In this document: piece by piece, positions 23,006 to 36,098 of the stretch | How the letters are laid out: every line of letters starts with the position of its first letter | Position numbering within the stretch: position 1 is the stretch's first letter | Origin: Podarcis vaucheri | Lineage: Eukaryota | Reading direction: 5' to 3' (one strand) | DNA length: 64,000 nt | NCBI GenBank assembly: GCA_965113315.1 | Contig: OZ220373.1 | The notes under the pieces: generated by a model | What the model was told of the DNA's origin: nothing | Seen by the model: only the letters and a program-made list of their open reading frames with translations | The model's database searches: none | Made by a program: the position numbers and the translations under genes

Positions 23006-24755
23006 ACCCTAGAATGTTGGAGGAACAGTGGATTGGACACCAGGATCCATGAGAATTATTATTTCCCAGGGCTTATTGCCCCTTTGTAAGGTCTTGGTGC
23101 TCAAATGCTGATGGAAGTGATGGAAGAAAGCCACAGCTGCAGCCTATTCCATTCTTGCTGCCTTCACCAGGTACCTTTCAGCAGGAAAGAAAGGGAGTTG
23201 GCTCTGGCAGCAGGGATGGAACAGATCACAGCTAAGCAATTTGGCCTTTGGGCTAAAAAAATGTCCCGCGTGGCACGTGTAATGCCCCAATCAAAGTTAT
23301 ACTAGACCTGCAGCAGAACTACACACATTTGGCATACAAGATTGCAGTTAATGCTTTTTGGTAATGTCAGATACAATCTTCACTGACTATAGAGAGAGCT
23401 TGATAATCTGTTCAAATCCTTAAAAAGCAAGGAACCCTCTGTGGTGTGGCCAGCAAACCTGTATTATTTAAACCTGCACCACCTTATTCTACTCCCCCCC
23501 TCCAGATTTTTACACTATAATTTCAATAGTTCATAATTGTGGATATCAATCTACAGATAAAATTCTGAGTACTGTACAGCAGTTCCATGCCACCAATAGA
23601 ATGCATCACTTCTCAGGTGTTTGACATCATGTTTTACCCTTTTATTTCCAACCTACCTTACTCCAAAGGTCACCTGGGCTAGCTTTTGCATTACACTCTT
23701 CTTCACTTAAATTTCATTATTTCTAATGCTTACTGGCAATGTATTACTGGTAATCTATGTAAGAACCCTATATATGGTTTATATGTTTTAATTGTACACC
23801 TAAATATGTCAAAGTGTACTTACCTTCCAAGTATTTTCAGCATGCAGCTTTCTACATAGGACCATCAGGTCAGTTGCTGTGCAAACAAATAGATGGACAC
23901 ATGTCTAGTATCAGAAATGGCAACATTAAGAAACCAAAGGAAGATAATTTTGGTCTCCTGGGATATTCCACTGTTCTCCAACTAAGTGATTTCAAAGGGG
24001 ACTGCAGCATGAAATTGCTGAACTGGAACTCATCAGGAAATATTGAATATATCAAGTTCATTATCTTGAACTAAGATAATGGTTTCCTGTCCCACCAGAG
24101 GTGTCAATTCATCCATCAATCCAAGGGATGACAGTCTCACCAGCCCCTGCTCTCGTGCATAGTCACTTTGTATGAATTTTACTTACAATTGCCATATCCT
24201 GTATTATTTACATTTCATTGTCCTTAGACCCCACTGTTTCCATCCCTACTTCTCTACACGTGTGTAGACATGTATATGCATATACATGTATTAGAGGTGA
24301 CGTGAGTTCAAGAGCTAAGGTGTGTAACAACTGGTAATTCATTATAAGCATGGTCAGACTGTGTGCACATAATCCACAAGGCACAGTAAATGGGTGCAAT
24401 GGCTGGTTGTTATGCACATGAGCCATTCAGCTCATATTACCCCTGAGATATATGTCTGCACGTTCTCCAATGGAGGATAACACTCCTTGCATGTGAAGCA
24501 GACTCTAGCCTACAAAAGCTTTGATTTGCTTTGAATATGATAGGACAAATGCACATTTGCAAATATGTGCATCATATCACACGGCACACTCCTTAGGGAG
24601 TTGTGATGGGTTCCGTGGAAGTTTTGTGGGCAACCTGGGTTGGCCTTTGCCTAGTGTGTGAAACTGCCCATGCTGAGCCTCGCGAAAGCATGTGATACTC
24701 GACCAATGGGGTTGATTGATACTTAGGTCCAGAACCCCAAATCATCCTCTTGTAT

Positions 24756-24864
24756 CATAGGAGCCAACTCCTAGGGGCCAAGATCCCTTCGCCTCCCCCT
24801 CAATAAAATATTTGAGGGGGCCCGCGCCCCATTTTTATGGGCATCGCCATTCAAAAGCGGTGTC

Positions 24865-24913
<49 letters not shown>

Positions 24914-24992
24914 GATCTTGTGATCGATTATGCAGGGCGGAGCTTCCTTGACACCCACCCACCCCAATATTTCATTCATGTTCGCACCCCTG
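24756..24992 (+). mobile_element. hAT-type MITE containing a (TG)n tract, at the upstream edge of the CAMK4 CpG island
   Basis: cataggagccaactcctaggggcc...atgttcgcacccctg, homologous to 26724-27064. Degenerate 8-bp TSD tcttgtat/tttcgaat. Confidence 0.75.
24868..24910. repeat. (TG)n microsatellite
   Basis: Directly visible, about 21 units. Confidence 0.95.
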
Positions 24993-25089
24993 TTTCGAAT
25001 CCAAAGGAAATCGCCTTTTGCGCGGGACTGGTGGCTTTGCAACCCGACCCTCGTAGAGAAAGGAGTTACGAGGATGGCGAGGGGTCTCT

Positions 25090-26720
25090 CTCTAATTTGC
25101 TCCCATTGCTGAAGCGCCCAAGAGTGGAGCGGAGTGTGGAGCGCGAGCCGCCTCCCACCACCGGGGCGAGGAAGGCGGGGCGCATTAGGGCCCTGCGGGA
25201 AAGCGCCCCAAGCGGGGTCCCTCTGCCCGGCTTGTCTGGGTCTCGCATACACACCCCGCCCGCCCGCGCGCGCCGAGAGTGGCTGGCAGGCAGGCAGGCA
25301 GGCAGGGCAGTGGCTGCGCTGAGCCGAGCCCGGGACGGCTTCCAGCCGCCGCTGCCTTCGTGTGTTGCGATGGCAGCGGCGGCGGCAACCCCCTCATTCG
25401 ACGAAAGGAACCTCTGAAGCCCGCCCGGCTCCCTCCACCATCCGTCCACTTGGCACACACGCGCGCGCATTCACTCATACACGCAGGGGTAGAGAGAGAG
25501 AGAGAGGCGCGCGCCCTCTCGCCTTCCCTCACGTTACGCGCTGCGCCCAACCTCAACTTGCCCTCCTCGTTAGGCAGCTGCCAAGAAGACGCGAAAGGTG
25601 GGCTTCTGCTCGGCCAGAGCCGCTTCTCTTCGGGGCGACGCCCCCCCCTCCACACACACACACACACACTTTCGGTGTGTCCGGGCGCGCGCGCGCTAGA
25701 GGTGGCGCGCGCGCGCTCCTCCCGCAGCCTCCTCCCCAGCTCCCTTTCCGTTCCGCCAGTCTCCGAGCGCCTCTCTTGCTGCTGCTGCTGCGCCCGCCTC
25801 GAAGTTTGGCCGGCAGCTCCGGCTCCTCAGGCAGCCGCCGCCGGCAGCGCCAGCAAGCAGCGCCGCTCTCTCGGAGCCACCGCCGAGTCCGCCTCTCTCG
25901 CTTAGCCGCCGCTTTGTTCCTCTCGCTCCCCCTCAGCCCCTGAGGAGCCGGACGCCCGCGCCGCTGCCGCGCGCCGCAGCATGCTGAAAGTCACCATGCC
26001 CTCGTCGTCGTCGTCTTCGTCGTCGCCCTCCTCCGCCCCCACCTCGTCCACCGCCGCCCCCGCCCCGACCTCGGGCCGGCCCGGGGGCGCCCCTGCCGCC
26101 GCCGCCGCCGGCCCCACCGTCGTCCCGGACTACTGGATCGACGGCTCCAACAGAGACACCTTGGCCGACTATTACGACCTGGAGTCGGAGCTGGGACGGT
26201 GAGGAGGCGGGAGATTGGCGCGGGCGCCGCCGGGGAAGAGGAGGTGGCGGGGCGTGAGGGGAGGAAAGCTGTGCAGGGCTCTCGGGAGGGCAACATCCTG
26301 GGTGCTGCTGCTGCCTCTTGCTGGCGCGTCAGGGTGGCGGCAGCGGCGGCGGCTGCCCCCTTATCACTAGGCAGGGTGGCGCTGGGGTGCCCAGGCTGAG
26401 GGAGGCGTTCCTGGACAAAGCGGGGCGGGGGGCGGCCAAGGGAGGGGAGGGGAGGAGGAGCTGTTGGTGCAGCAGCAGCAGCAGCCGGGGCGCTTGTCGC
26501 CAGGCGAGGCAATGCAGGGGGCACAGCAGGGCCGGCGAAGTCCCGCGCGGTGCAAGGGATTGTGGGGGTGCGCGGAGCGGTCCAGGCAGAGACCGAGAGA
26601 TCGTGGTTCCGCAGAGAGGAGACATTCCTAGACAGCCGTGTGGGCGGCCAGCAGTCTCGCTTGAGAGCGGGGGTGGGGAGGGGAAAGACGGCCAGGTGGC
26701 GCTGGCGACTGGAGAGTTAG
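25090..26720 (+). promoter_or_regulatory. CAMK4: CpG island / promoter and 5' region of CAMK4
   Basis: Very GC- and CpG-rich block surrounding the CAMK4 ATG, with GC boxes and an RFX-like GTTGCGATGGCAGC at 25364-25377. Confidence 0.85.
25981..26198 (+). CDS. CAMK4: CAMK4 (calcium/calmodulin-dependent protein kinase IV) first coding exon
   Basis: MLKVTMPSSSSSSSSPSSAPTSSTAAPAPTSGRPGGAPAAAAAGPTVVPDYWIDGSNRDTLADYYDLESELG(R) with donor CG|gtgagg. Matches CAMK4 MLKVT...VPDYWIDGSNRD...ESELGR and lies downstream of WDR36 as expected. Confidence 0.96.
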
Positions 26721-26723
26721 GAC

Positions 26724-27064
26724 CACAGGAGCCAACTCCTAGGGGCCGAGGATCCCTTCGATCCTCCCGATAAATGAAGGGTCCGCGCACCCTCCCCCCA
26801 GTTGATGAGCATTGCTATTCAAATGGTATGTGTCTTGTGATCAGTTATGCAGGGTGGGGTTTATCCAGTGGCGTAGCGTGGGTTGTCAGCACCCGGGGCA
26901 AGGCAAGTAATTTGCGCCCCCTAACCCGTGGATTTGCGCCCCCTAAACCTAACCCCCAGATGTTGCGCCCGGTGCGGACGGCCCCTCCTGCACCCCCCAC
27001 GCTACGCCACTGGGTTTATCTCTCCCCCACCCCAGTTTTTTTTATTCAAGTTGGCACACCCCTG
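26724..27064 (+). mobile_element. hAT-type MITE (same family as 24756-24992) interrupted by a nested MITE
   Basis: cacaggagccaactcctaggggcc...agttggcacacccctg. TSD gttaggac/gttaggaa. Confidence 0.8.
26866..27012. mobile_element. Young 147-bp hAT MITE nested in the previous element
   Basis: Perfect 17-bp TIR cagtggcgtagcgtggg and perfect 8-bp TSD ggtttatc (26858-26865 and 27013-27020). Confidence 0.92.
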
Positions 27065-28677
27065 GTTAGGAAGGAGAAAGTGGTGTGGCAGTTTCAGGGC
27101 TTGATCCTGGAAGGCAGAGGGGTATCCCGTCCCTCTGCGGGAGAAGTGGCAAATTGGAGTGGAGAGAGTGGCCACTTATGGCAGAGCGGCAACTGCTTGG
27201 CGTCTTTCTCTTGCTGGTGTTGGGGAGCAGGGGTCAGACTGGGGCGAGTGTGCTGGGCTGGTGTCTCAGCGCTTCTGCTCAGCAGCCACACACCGCCAAA
27301 GATTTCTTCCTCTTCCCCACAAGTCTCCCCTCCTTCCTTCCCTCCCGCCCACCAACCCTCTTATATTGAGGGAAGAAAGCTGTAAACGGATCGAGCTGTT
27401 GCCCCTTGTTTCACATGTGTAGGAGGCAGTATTGAAAGATGCGCCATCTGTAGCGCTCTAATAGGAGATGGAAAATCTATTCTCTCTCTTTTTTTAACCC
27501 ACATACAGATTTGGGTAAGCAGCATCATTATTTTATCCACGTTAAACTTATTGTTATCGTATGGAGGCAAGTGACACTGAAAATGGAATTTAAATACTGG
27601 TTTGGATTTGCGGTTCTGTCAGTAGGTGCTAGAGAGTGGGAATGAATCATTTAAAGCAGTTGAAAGGAAGAATAATAAAGTGATGCCCTAGTTCAAAGAA
27701 ATGAACAGCCTAGCACTAATTATCTGGGAAGAGGCTAAGCTTGCAGCGTCGTTTTCTGAAACATGAAGAAATGTTTTGCAAATACCATCTCAAGAGCATT
27801 ATTATTCTGGATAATTATTTAACGGTAACAGCTGTTGCATACTTATGACTTGACAGAACATTTGTGTTTGCGTGGATCAAGCATTTCCAAAAATCCTGTG
27901 TTCCTCGTGAATTGAGGGGGTATGCGTGTCAACCTGCAATCTAAACAGGATGGGAGAAAGGTAGAAACCCACAGGGTTTTCTTTTGGAAAACAGTATTCG
28001 TTTTAAGTAGAAAGATTCAAGTTTAATTTTTTTACAGGCGAAAAATGTTTAGAACATTTCTCTAACCTTCTCCATCTCATCTGAAAGTAGCTTCCTCCTG
28101 AAGCAATATTTTATTTAATTGTGGAGAGTTTGTGAAAACACCAACCTTTGGTTTAGCTGGTGGGCCAGTATTTTAGTTGGCTAATGGTGGGGCGATAAGT
28201 GAGTGCAGCAGCTTCCCACTCAGAACTCTGAGGAAGACGGTGCTGTCATGTGACATCCCTTTCCACACGCATTGATACAAGTGTAAAAGGAGTTTTCAGC
28301 GCCTTGTCTGTAAAGGCCAAATAAGGTGGGGTAAGAACATCAGGGAAGTCAATGAAGGGAAAAAGAAAAAATATCAATTAATAGCCTGTTCCAGTGCTGA
28401 ATAATCCAGGGGTCGCTTTAGTGATATGCAACTGGAAATCTCAGCTGAAAACATTTATGTATTTTACTATTAAAATATTTTAAAACTACCCACCATCTTT
28501 TCAGACCCCAGGGTGGTATACAATCGGCATTGTTATAATACAGCTGTATGCCATTGGTACCTGACACTTCACAATCATCACGAAATCAAGTTGCCAAAAC
28601 TCTATTAACCCTGTGTATGTTTACTCAGAAATAAGCTCCACTGTGTGCAGTGAAACTTACTTCCTGATAAGTTTATA

Positions 28678-28926
28678 CAGTCATACCTCGGGTTACAGAT
28701 GCTTCGGGTTGCACATTTTCGGGTTGCGCACCGCGTTTTCGGGTTGCGCACCGCGCCAAACCCGGAAGTACCAGAATAGGTTACTTCTGGGTTTTGGCAC
28801 CCGCGCATGCACAGAAGCACTAAATCGAATCACAACGTGCGCAGAAGCGGTGCTGCAGGTTGCGAACGCTGAGGGTTGCGAATGTGCCTCCTGCACAGAT
28901 CACGTTCACAACCTGAGCATCCACTG
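28678..28926. mobile_element. Tigger/pogo-type MITE, family C
   Basis: TA|cagtcatacctcgggtt...aacctgagcatccactg|TA, with an internal duplication of ttttcgggttgcgcaccgcg. Confidence 0.8.
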
Positions 28927-29037
28927 TATAGGATTGCAGCGTAAGTCATTCATGCAGTTTCTAACTTTCTTATTCAATATGGGATGAAGAGCAAAGACCC
29001 TCCAGTGAGTTGCCATTTGACAAACTGCACCTATATC

Positions 29038-29509
29038 CATAGCTGTCAACTTACAGATTTGAAAATAAGGGACCAGTAGCCTCAAAAATAAGGGATCAGC
29101 AGCAAAAATAAGGGATTTTAGTCAACCAGCAGCCAAATGAAGCCTCAAGCAGTGGTTCCCACAGCGCAGCAACCCGACAAAGGGGATGCAGCAGGGGAAA
29201 CCACTGCCACCTCTCCGCTGGGAAGCTCTGAGCAAAGGCGAGTCCCCAGGCAACGCGGTCGATTTGATTGGCACAAGGCATGCAAGCTCCACCCCCCCAG
29301 TCATTCTTAGACTCCTTATTGGGTGAGCAACGCAGCCAAGCAACACAGTTGGAGCCTCCCTCCTCCCTGTCCAGCAGGGAGGGAGGGAGAGGAGCTGCTT
29401 CCTTTGAAACCCGGGAAATTTAAGGGACATCATCAATAAGGGACAGCAACGGGACACAGTGCTGGGATAAGGGACTGTCCCACCAAATAAGGGATGCTTG
29501 ACAGCTATG
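29038..29509. mobile_element. Non-autonomous hAT element
   Basis: TIR catagctgtcaa/ttgacagctatg, perfect 8-bp TSD cctatatc (29030-29037 and 29510-29517), and repeated subterminal ataaggga motifs. Confidence 0.9.
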
Positions 29510-30479
29510 CCTATATCCCATTCCATCCGTACTCCTGAAACGTGTCTCATGGCATCTCAGTGCTATGAAACACTGCCTTCCTCTTTTTGCTGCAGAATTA
29601 GATTGTAATGAAAGTAGCACTATGATGGCTGCCTGGCATCTGCAGAGAGAGGGAAGTAGGAGCAATGGCAGAAGCAGAGCTGGGAGAACAGAAGTCACTG
29701 GGTAGGAGCCAGTGGAGTTGAACTAGGTAGAAAAAGCCTGGATGAGCAGAGTGGGGGGGGGGGGAATAGGTAAGCATCCACATATATATATATATATTAA
29801 CTAGACTTTGTTAAAGCATAAAGTCAATCATATCTAAATACAAAACCACGTCATGGGGCAATTCCCATTCTCAGTGGCTTATATTGACAGGTGCCTTTTT
29901 ATAACCTATTTTAGAAGTGCATGAAATAGTTACATTATGATATTGGGACTATGTGTAGGTTAAAATACACTTTAAGCATCCCTTCTTATGTGGGAGAGAG
30001 GACATACCTGCAAACATGCATCATTTTATTTAAAACCATGCTCTAGGAGGCTTACAAGATAAAAACAAAACAATTCAAACACAACAAAAGTAGTTGTAAA
30101 CAATAAATAAAACATCAAAAAAGCACACAGCCAAACTGAACACTTTCCATATGAATCATAATAAAGATACAAAATAAACACACAAATTTAATATCAATAG
30201 CAGCAATAAAATTCTCTAAACAATACCCCCAACCTGAATCTGTTCAGCAGCCTCAGCGTTTGTAGCTGGAGTCAGTCACAGTCCCACCCTCCCAGGCCAG
30301 GAATCACAGCCAAGATGGAGAACAAGAGCAGAAACACACTTTGATTCCATATAAACTGTTAAAAACATGGAATAAAATAAATTTAAGACCAGATATTTGG
30401 TCATATCTGTATTAAAGTCTTGTAATATGGGAAACTCATTATAAATTGTTGCTATGGTAGTATCTAACACCAGATAGAC

Positions 30480-31520
30480 TTAATAAAATCTATTCCAACA
30501 TACAGTTTGAACGTTGAAAGTTTTCTGGCACCAGTGCGCACTAACCTCATTTGTGGCAGAAGTTTAAGAAGGCATATGATTTTTGGAGGCAAATAATATG
30601 TACCATGAAATAAGTGGTGTGGATTGCACTGGGACTTTGTCCAATGTTGCTTTTGTTTAAATACATTTTCCCACTGTCTGGGTGATAATGAAAGTTCTAA
30701 CTCTTTATTCCAATCATCCCTTACTGTCTGTGTATTGAACTTTTGTATTGTTAATATATATCTATAAAAAGCAATTGCTGGCTTTTTTTTTTTTTTTTGA
30801 ATGAGTTGTCCAATTGCTCCAATATCTCAGGTATCTTGGAAGCTGAAAGGGCTGATGGACCAAACACACTTGGTTAGGAGATGTTGTAATTTAAGATATT
30901 GCCATTGGGCTGCATCTGATAGATGATATACTTGTCTTAAAATAGCAAAAGTATAAAATTCATCTTCCCCATCTATCAGTTGGTCCAATGTCAAAACACC
31001 TGCTTTCATCCAATTTTTCCATATCATCATCTTTTTTTGCAATTCTTAGTGTGGGGTTTCCCAACAGAGTAAGTTTAACATGTAAAAATGAGTCAAATTT
31101 GTTTTTATTAGCCAATATATTCCATTTTTTTTTCCAGAGTCACTTGAGACTTCAATTTTTTCAATCCTAGTATTGTCCAACCAACCAAAGGTGCTATGTA
31201 CATATATTGTAGGGTTGTCCGCATCAGAAAATTAGGGCCAACAGTGGGATTCCAATATTTAGTACTTGACTGTATGTAAGCTTAGTGATATAATTCCAAA
31301 TTTGGGATTCCAAAACCACCTTTTAAAATTTGTAGCTGCATTCTCTGCAAGGATATTCTTGGTGTTGCTGAGCCCCAAAGGCATTTCCTAAACAACGAGT
31401 TTATCTTTTGAAAATATGATTCAGATATAAAAACTGGAAGTCCTTTCAGGATGTAAATGAATCTGGGAATAATATTCATTTTGAGAGCATTCACTCTTCC
31501 CCAAAGGGAATTTGTTTTTG
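30480..31520 (-). mobile_element. Old, disrupted L1-clade LINE ORF2 fragment
   Basis: Minus-strand peptides WGRVNALKMNIIPRFIYILKGLPV...LWGSATPRI...GGFGIPNLELY and WMKAGVLTLDQL...QWQYLKLQH. Boundaries are approximate. Confidence 0.8.
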
Positions 31521-32846
31521 TAAATAATGAATTATCCCCTTCTTGTTTTGTAATTAACATAATCATTCTCTTAAAATAATAATAAAAAATAAAAAATGCC
31601 TACGTATGAAAATATAAAAGTGTTCCATATCAAGGAGCGTGCTTATAAAACAGTTCTACTCTTTCTCCCTATAAACAATTTGACAGTAAAAATTTTGTGC
31701 CATACTAAATCTGAACTGGCACAGTTACTTGACTTATTCATTCCAGAAGGTATTAAACTTTCATGGGTGAAGTTTCAAAGCTCTATAGCTCATATTTTAA
31801 TGTTTTACATGGATTCATAATTTAGTCGTATATATCTGTAATATGGTGTTAATATTTAAAGCACACAGAGTTCTGGGAATAGTGGTGAAGACATTAGAGT
31901 GTACATCTATCTTACACAGTTATGATGAAGTTATTTCTTGCTAGCAAAATCTCCTTTTGCAAAACACTTTAGCAATATATTCTAGAAACGCCAGATACTG
32001 TACATAAAAAGTTCTGATTTATTTTGCTTTGGAGCTTATTGTTAAGCCAGTCATTATCAGTTGAACAATCCCAAGCAAGGTTTTGTTAAAATGTAAGTTG
32101 TTTTATACATGAGAATGCAATTTGCTTCTAAAGAAACCTACATTTCTGGAATGCCCATTTGTTTTTCCTTCTGTTCCCCCCCCTCCCATTTTAACCCTAC
32201 TGACTGAGAGTGAGTGTTGTATTTGAGTCCTGTTTCCTGTGGATATTTGGGTGGTTACTATGAGAATAGGGTGCTGGCCTGATGCAACTATTCTCATGAT
32301 CATGGTAGAAGCTCAAGTATGGTTTATTATTGGTGTCACCAGTTGTGTTTGAAGGACCAAAATGCTATCCCGCCCCCCCCCCGCCCCAACTCTGGTCACA
32401 AAACATGACCATCAACACATCAATGCTGCACACATCAGATCACAAAGTAGCAAAATAGGCAATAACAACAACAACATTGTGTTCTCCTGTAAGAATATTT
32501 GCCTGAAAACAAATTTTAAAAAGCTGCAATTGACTCAGGAAGTAATTTAGAAATCTTATTCACATGTAAGGATGCATAACATTTACCTGGGATGAAGTGA
32601 GGATTACCTCTGACATGTACAAGATTGCACTATAATTCACTTTCATCCTACCATTGTGATCTCTGATGCCCCAGAAAGATAAGAGCATATGTGAGAGAGT
32701 GAAAGAGATAATGAGAACTTTCCCAGGATCTCAGCCAGGCAAAAGCTTTCATTTACTAGATATTCAGCTGGAGTTAAGCTAGAAGGTATGTGAGTTATCT
32801 GGGTAGATTTTGTTCTCTTTCATGGATAAAGCAAGATATAATGGAT

Positions 32847-32890
32847 CAGGTGGCGCTGTGGGTTAAACCACAGAGCCTAGGACTTGCTGA
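32847..32890 (+). mobile_element. Sauria SINE 5' head fragment
   Basis: caggtggcgctgtgggttaaaccacagagcctaggacttgctga. Confidence 0.7.
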
Positions 32891-34129
32891 ACCACATGAG
32901 AAGGCTGGGTTACAATATCTAATGTAGAGCCTACCACTTTAGGATTCCACAACTTCATTCTGCTACTTGTGTAGATCCAGGCTCAGTCTTGTCTTAATAT
33001 AAGCAATAGCAATGGACAGTAGTCTACTGTTTAGGCAAACCACGGTGCTTCTGCAGTTGATTATGAAATGGCAAAGAGCTGCTTTCAAATGGCACATGTA
33101 AATCATGATTCAAACACTCAGTCTTTTGGATCATGGCCAAAGCTAACACCATCCACTTCAGAGAAGGTCTCTACCTTTTTCTAGACATAATGCAAATTCT
33201 CAGGATTAGAAGATTTCCCTGTAAACTAGGATACCTCCGGTGCCATCATTGCAGCAATTCAACAACTAATTAATTTCCTTTTAGTTATCAGGTATTCATT
33301 CCCTTTCGTGTGTTACCTCTGAGTATTTGGGTCTCTAATCTGGGTTTCTAAAAATGAAGCAGCACTGAACAGTTTGTAAAAAGTATTAGCAGGAAAATGG
33401 AAGGCGAAGTACAATTGTTCCAAGACACCATTAGTATATCAGAGGCGGTTCTCTCACTTCCATGTGAGTTACTGCCTGTTTTTCTGCTGAGTTCAACTTA
33501 GATATCTTCCATGCATATCTTTCAATACCTTGGTGGGTGTCATAGTTAAAAATTTCTTGATTTTTCCTACCCATGGTGCACAGTACAGCTATAAAAGAAA
33601 GAATTTGAATGGCCATAAGATAAGAATAGCTGTAGTCATTGTCGCTGTTTTATCATACTGTGCTTCCAGCTTGTACAAGATCTCCAGTACCTCTTGAAGG
33701 AGACTGTGAAACTGGGCCAGTGCTATCTGGGGAACCATAAAACTTGCAATATATTAAAAAGTGAATGAACAAGCCCTTAGAGATTGATCAGCATGAAATG
33801 CAATGCTAAATGGATGTTAATGGGCTATCCTTAACTCTCATTAGATTGAGCAACAATCTGCAGTGCAACAATTTAGTCTTTATGGTGCCACAAGACTCTT
33901 ATTTGCTCAGCCTAAATGTGCATTGTGTACCTTTGTGCATATGGTTCAGAACTTTGCTACCTGCTGAGAAAACCTTTCTTTTGAAGTGGAGAGGGACCAT
34001 AGAAGTTGAGCATATGCTGTACATGCAGTAGGGTCCTGTTTGCACATCACCCCCAATCTCTGAGCAGTGAGAGATTCCAGGGGGTTCCAGGTGCTTTACG
34101 CAAGGTTCATGCTCTCTTTTGGAAATGAG

Positions 34130-34430
34130 GCAAGGTGGAGATTGTGGTGTATTTATGACCTATGGTTTATGCCTTGTGTGCCTCTTTCTGGCAACTCCTG
34201 GCCACTAAGCTGGTACCAAACGTATTGTTCTGCTCTCCTTTGGACCACATCAGTGAGGCCAAGAGGGGGGTCTTGTCATCTGGGCAGCACAGGATCTCCA
34301 TACACGCTGCTCAGACTTGTGCCCCAGGGAAGTCATTTTGGTGCTGCTAACACAGTGGTTTGACTTTACCACTGGAGGAGGTGCACTCCATTGTCTCTCG
34401 AGACAGATGGAAGCCAACAACAGCAACACA
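34130..34430 (+). mobile_element. Probable non-LTR retroelement 3' end with (CAA)n-like tail
   Basis: Ends ...gcactccattgtctctcgagacagatggaagccaacaacagcaac and resembles a recalled squamate interspersed repeat. Family not determined. Confidence 0.4.
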
Positions 34431-34896
34431 CAGATATAATCTGAGCCTATAGTGTAGTTCACAGCATTGGCACCCCAAGAGGGACTTGTTTCTCCCATAG
34501 CCACAGCCTTGGATCCAAACAGACCTCAACCATTGCTCTCAAACATCTCTCTGACTCTCCTGCTTGCTGCTTTGCTTCTCCTAGTCACATAACTTCCAAC
34601 TCTAAAACCCTTCTTCCAACTCTGCCTTTGTCTTCAAAAACTAACCATGAATTGAGGGGGCAATTGCTGTCTGGCACAGAGCCCCTCCCCACCTTCACCC
34701 CAGGTCATTTCCTCATCAGGAAACTGGCCTGGCTTATGTTTTAACATTTGCTGAATCCAGGGGTTCAGTGTGTGGCACCCAGAAACTCGTGACACGGGGG
34801 AGACTGGCACCCACAAACTCAGCCCGAAGTTCAGTCCCTCTCCTCCCCAATTAACAAAAAGGTAACAAAAAGACAGGAAAGACTCAAATGAACGTA

Positions 34897-35046
34897 CCAT
34901 ATTTTTCCGTCTATAAGACTCCCCCTATTTTGGGGGTCTCAGATTTAAGAAGATGGCCTCGGCACTATCTGTGTATAAGAAGCCCCCTAATTTTTGACAT
35001 TATTTATTAGGGGGGGGAACCTAGTCTTATACACAGAAAAATACAC
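34897..35046. mobile_element. TcMar (Tc2-like) MITE
   Basis: TA|ccatatttttccgtctataagact...agtcttatacacagaaaaatacac|TA. Confidence 0.75.
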
Positions 35047-36098
35047 TACTTTCAGTCATTATGTTATTTGTTTAAATATTTATAGACCACACTTTCATAT
35101 GAAACATTGCAAGGTAGTATACTACCTAAATAGGCAATACTACAGTAAACATAATAAAAATGTCTGACTGCTGAAAATGCCCCATTGGAAGACCTCAGCA
35201 ATAGAGGTGAAGCATAAGAAGTCAGGTGGTCCTTAGACAATACTAGGCCGGGCTAGATGAACATGTAGCATAAGGCAGCTTCTTCTGAACTGACTTCCCC
35301 TCTGAATCCTTGCAGTGCATGATAAAACATAATTGACTCAAAGCACATATGTTATTGAAGAGTCCTGCTGAAGTTCTGAGGTTCTAAACAATTACTCAAG
35401 GAAACCCACATTCCAGCACAATGCTCTCCACCAGATGTCCAGCTCTACAATTAATGCACTTCGTTTTTCTTACGCACATGCTCATTTATAAAGCACGAAC
35501 CTTCAGCCCAGCTTTCCATAGGAAAGAGGTCTTTCTTAACAGCAGCTGTAGCTAGAAAGGATACTACAAAGTCTTCTTCTGCTCTGTTGATCAAGGAGAA
35601 AGCCACATGCTATCAAAGGCTGCATAGATGATGCAGACACCAAGTGATCCTGTGGCTTCTGACTGTGCCCACTCATTAAAGCCAGTGTCTGGACTCTCTG
35701 AAAGGGAAACTCCTATGTGAGCAATGTTAAGGAATTGCTCATGTGGAAGGAAGCCCTTTCAAATGGGATGGCAACCTGAAAACACAGGTGTTTTGTCGGA
35801 AGGATTTTAGTTCAAGTGCAGTGAAATCTCTGAGAGTTTTCCCCCCTAACACCCCCCTTCCCCATTGAATGGCAGTCTTCATTCCCGAATCGGGGGTGGG
35901 GGCTGTGAAGGCAAGTGTGCATAGCTATTAGTATCGTGAAAGAAAGCTACATAAGCAAAAGGTAAATGTAGCACGATTTGTCCCAGTTGTGGGGAATAAA
36001 ATCTTGGAATGTTTGAATATTTAAATACTGAAAAAGTTGGGTATGTGCAATCTGGAGAGGAGATGATTAAGAGGTGATATGATGACCATTTTCAAATA

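Noticed and set aside
24268-24289. Perfect 22-bp palindrome acatgtatatgcatatacatgt
   Set aside because: It is alternating purine-pyrimidine low-complexity sequence, where palindromes arise easily, and nothing else supports a function.
24812-27422. Many overlapping 100-200 aa ORFs on both strands
   Set aside because: Expected from stop-codon scarcity in the CAMK4 CpG island. Only 25981-26198 matches a known protein.
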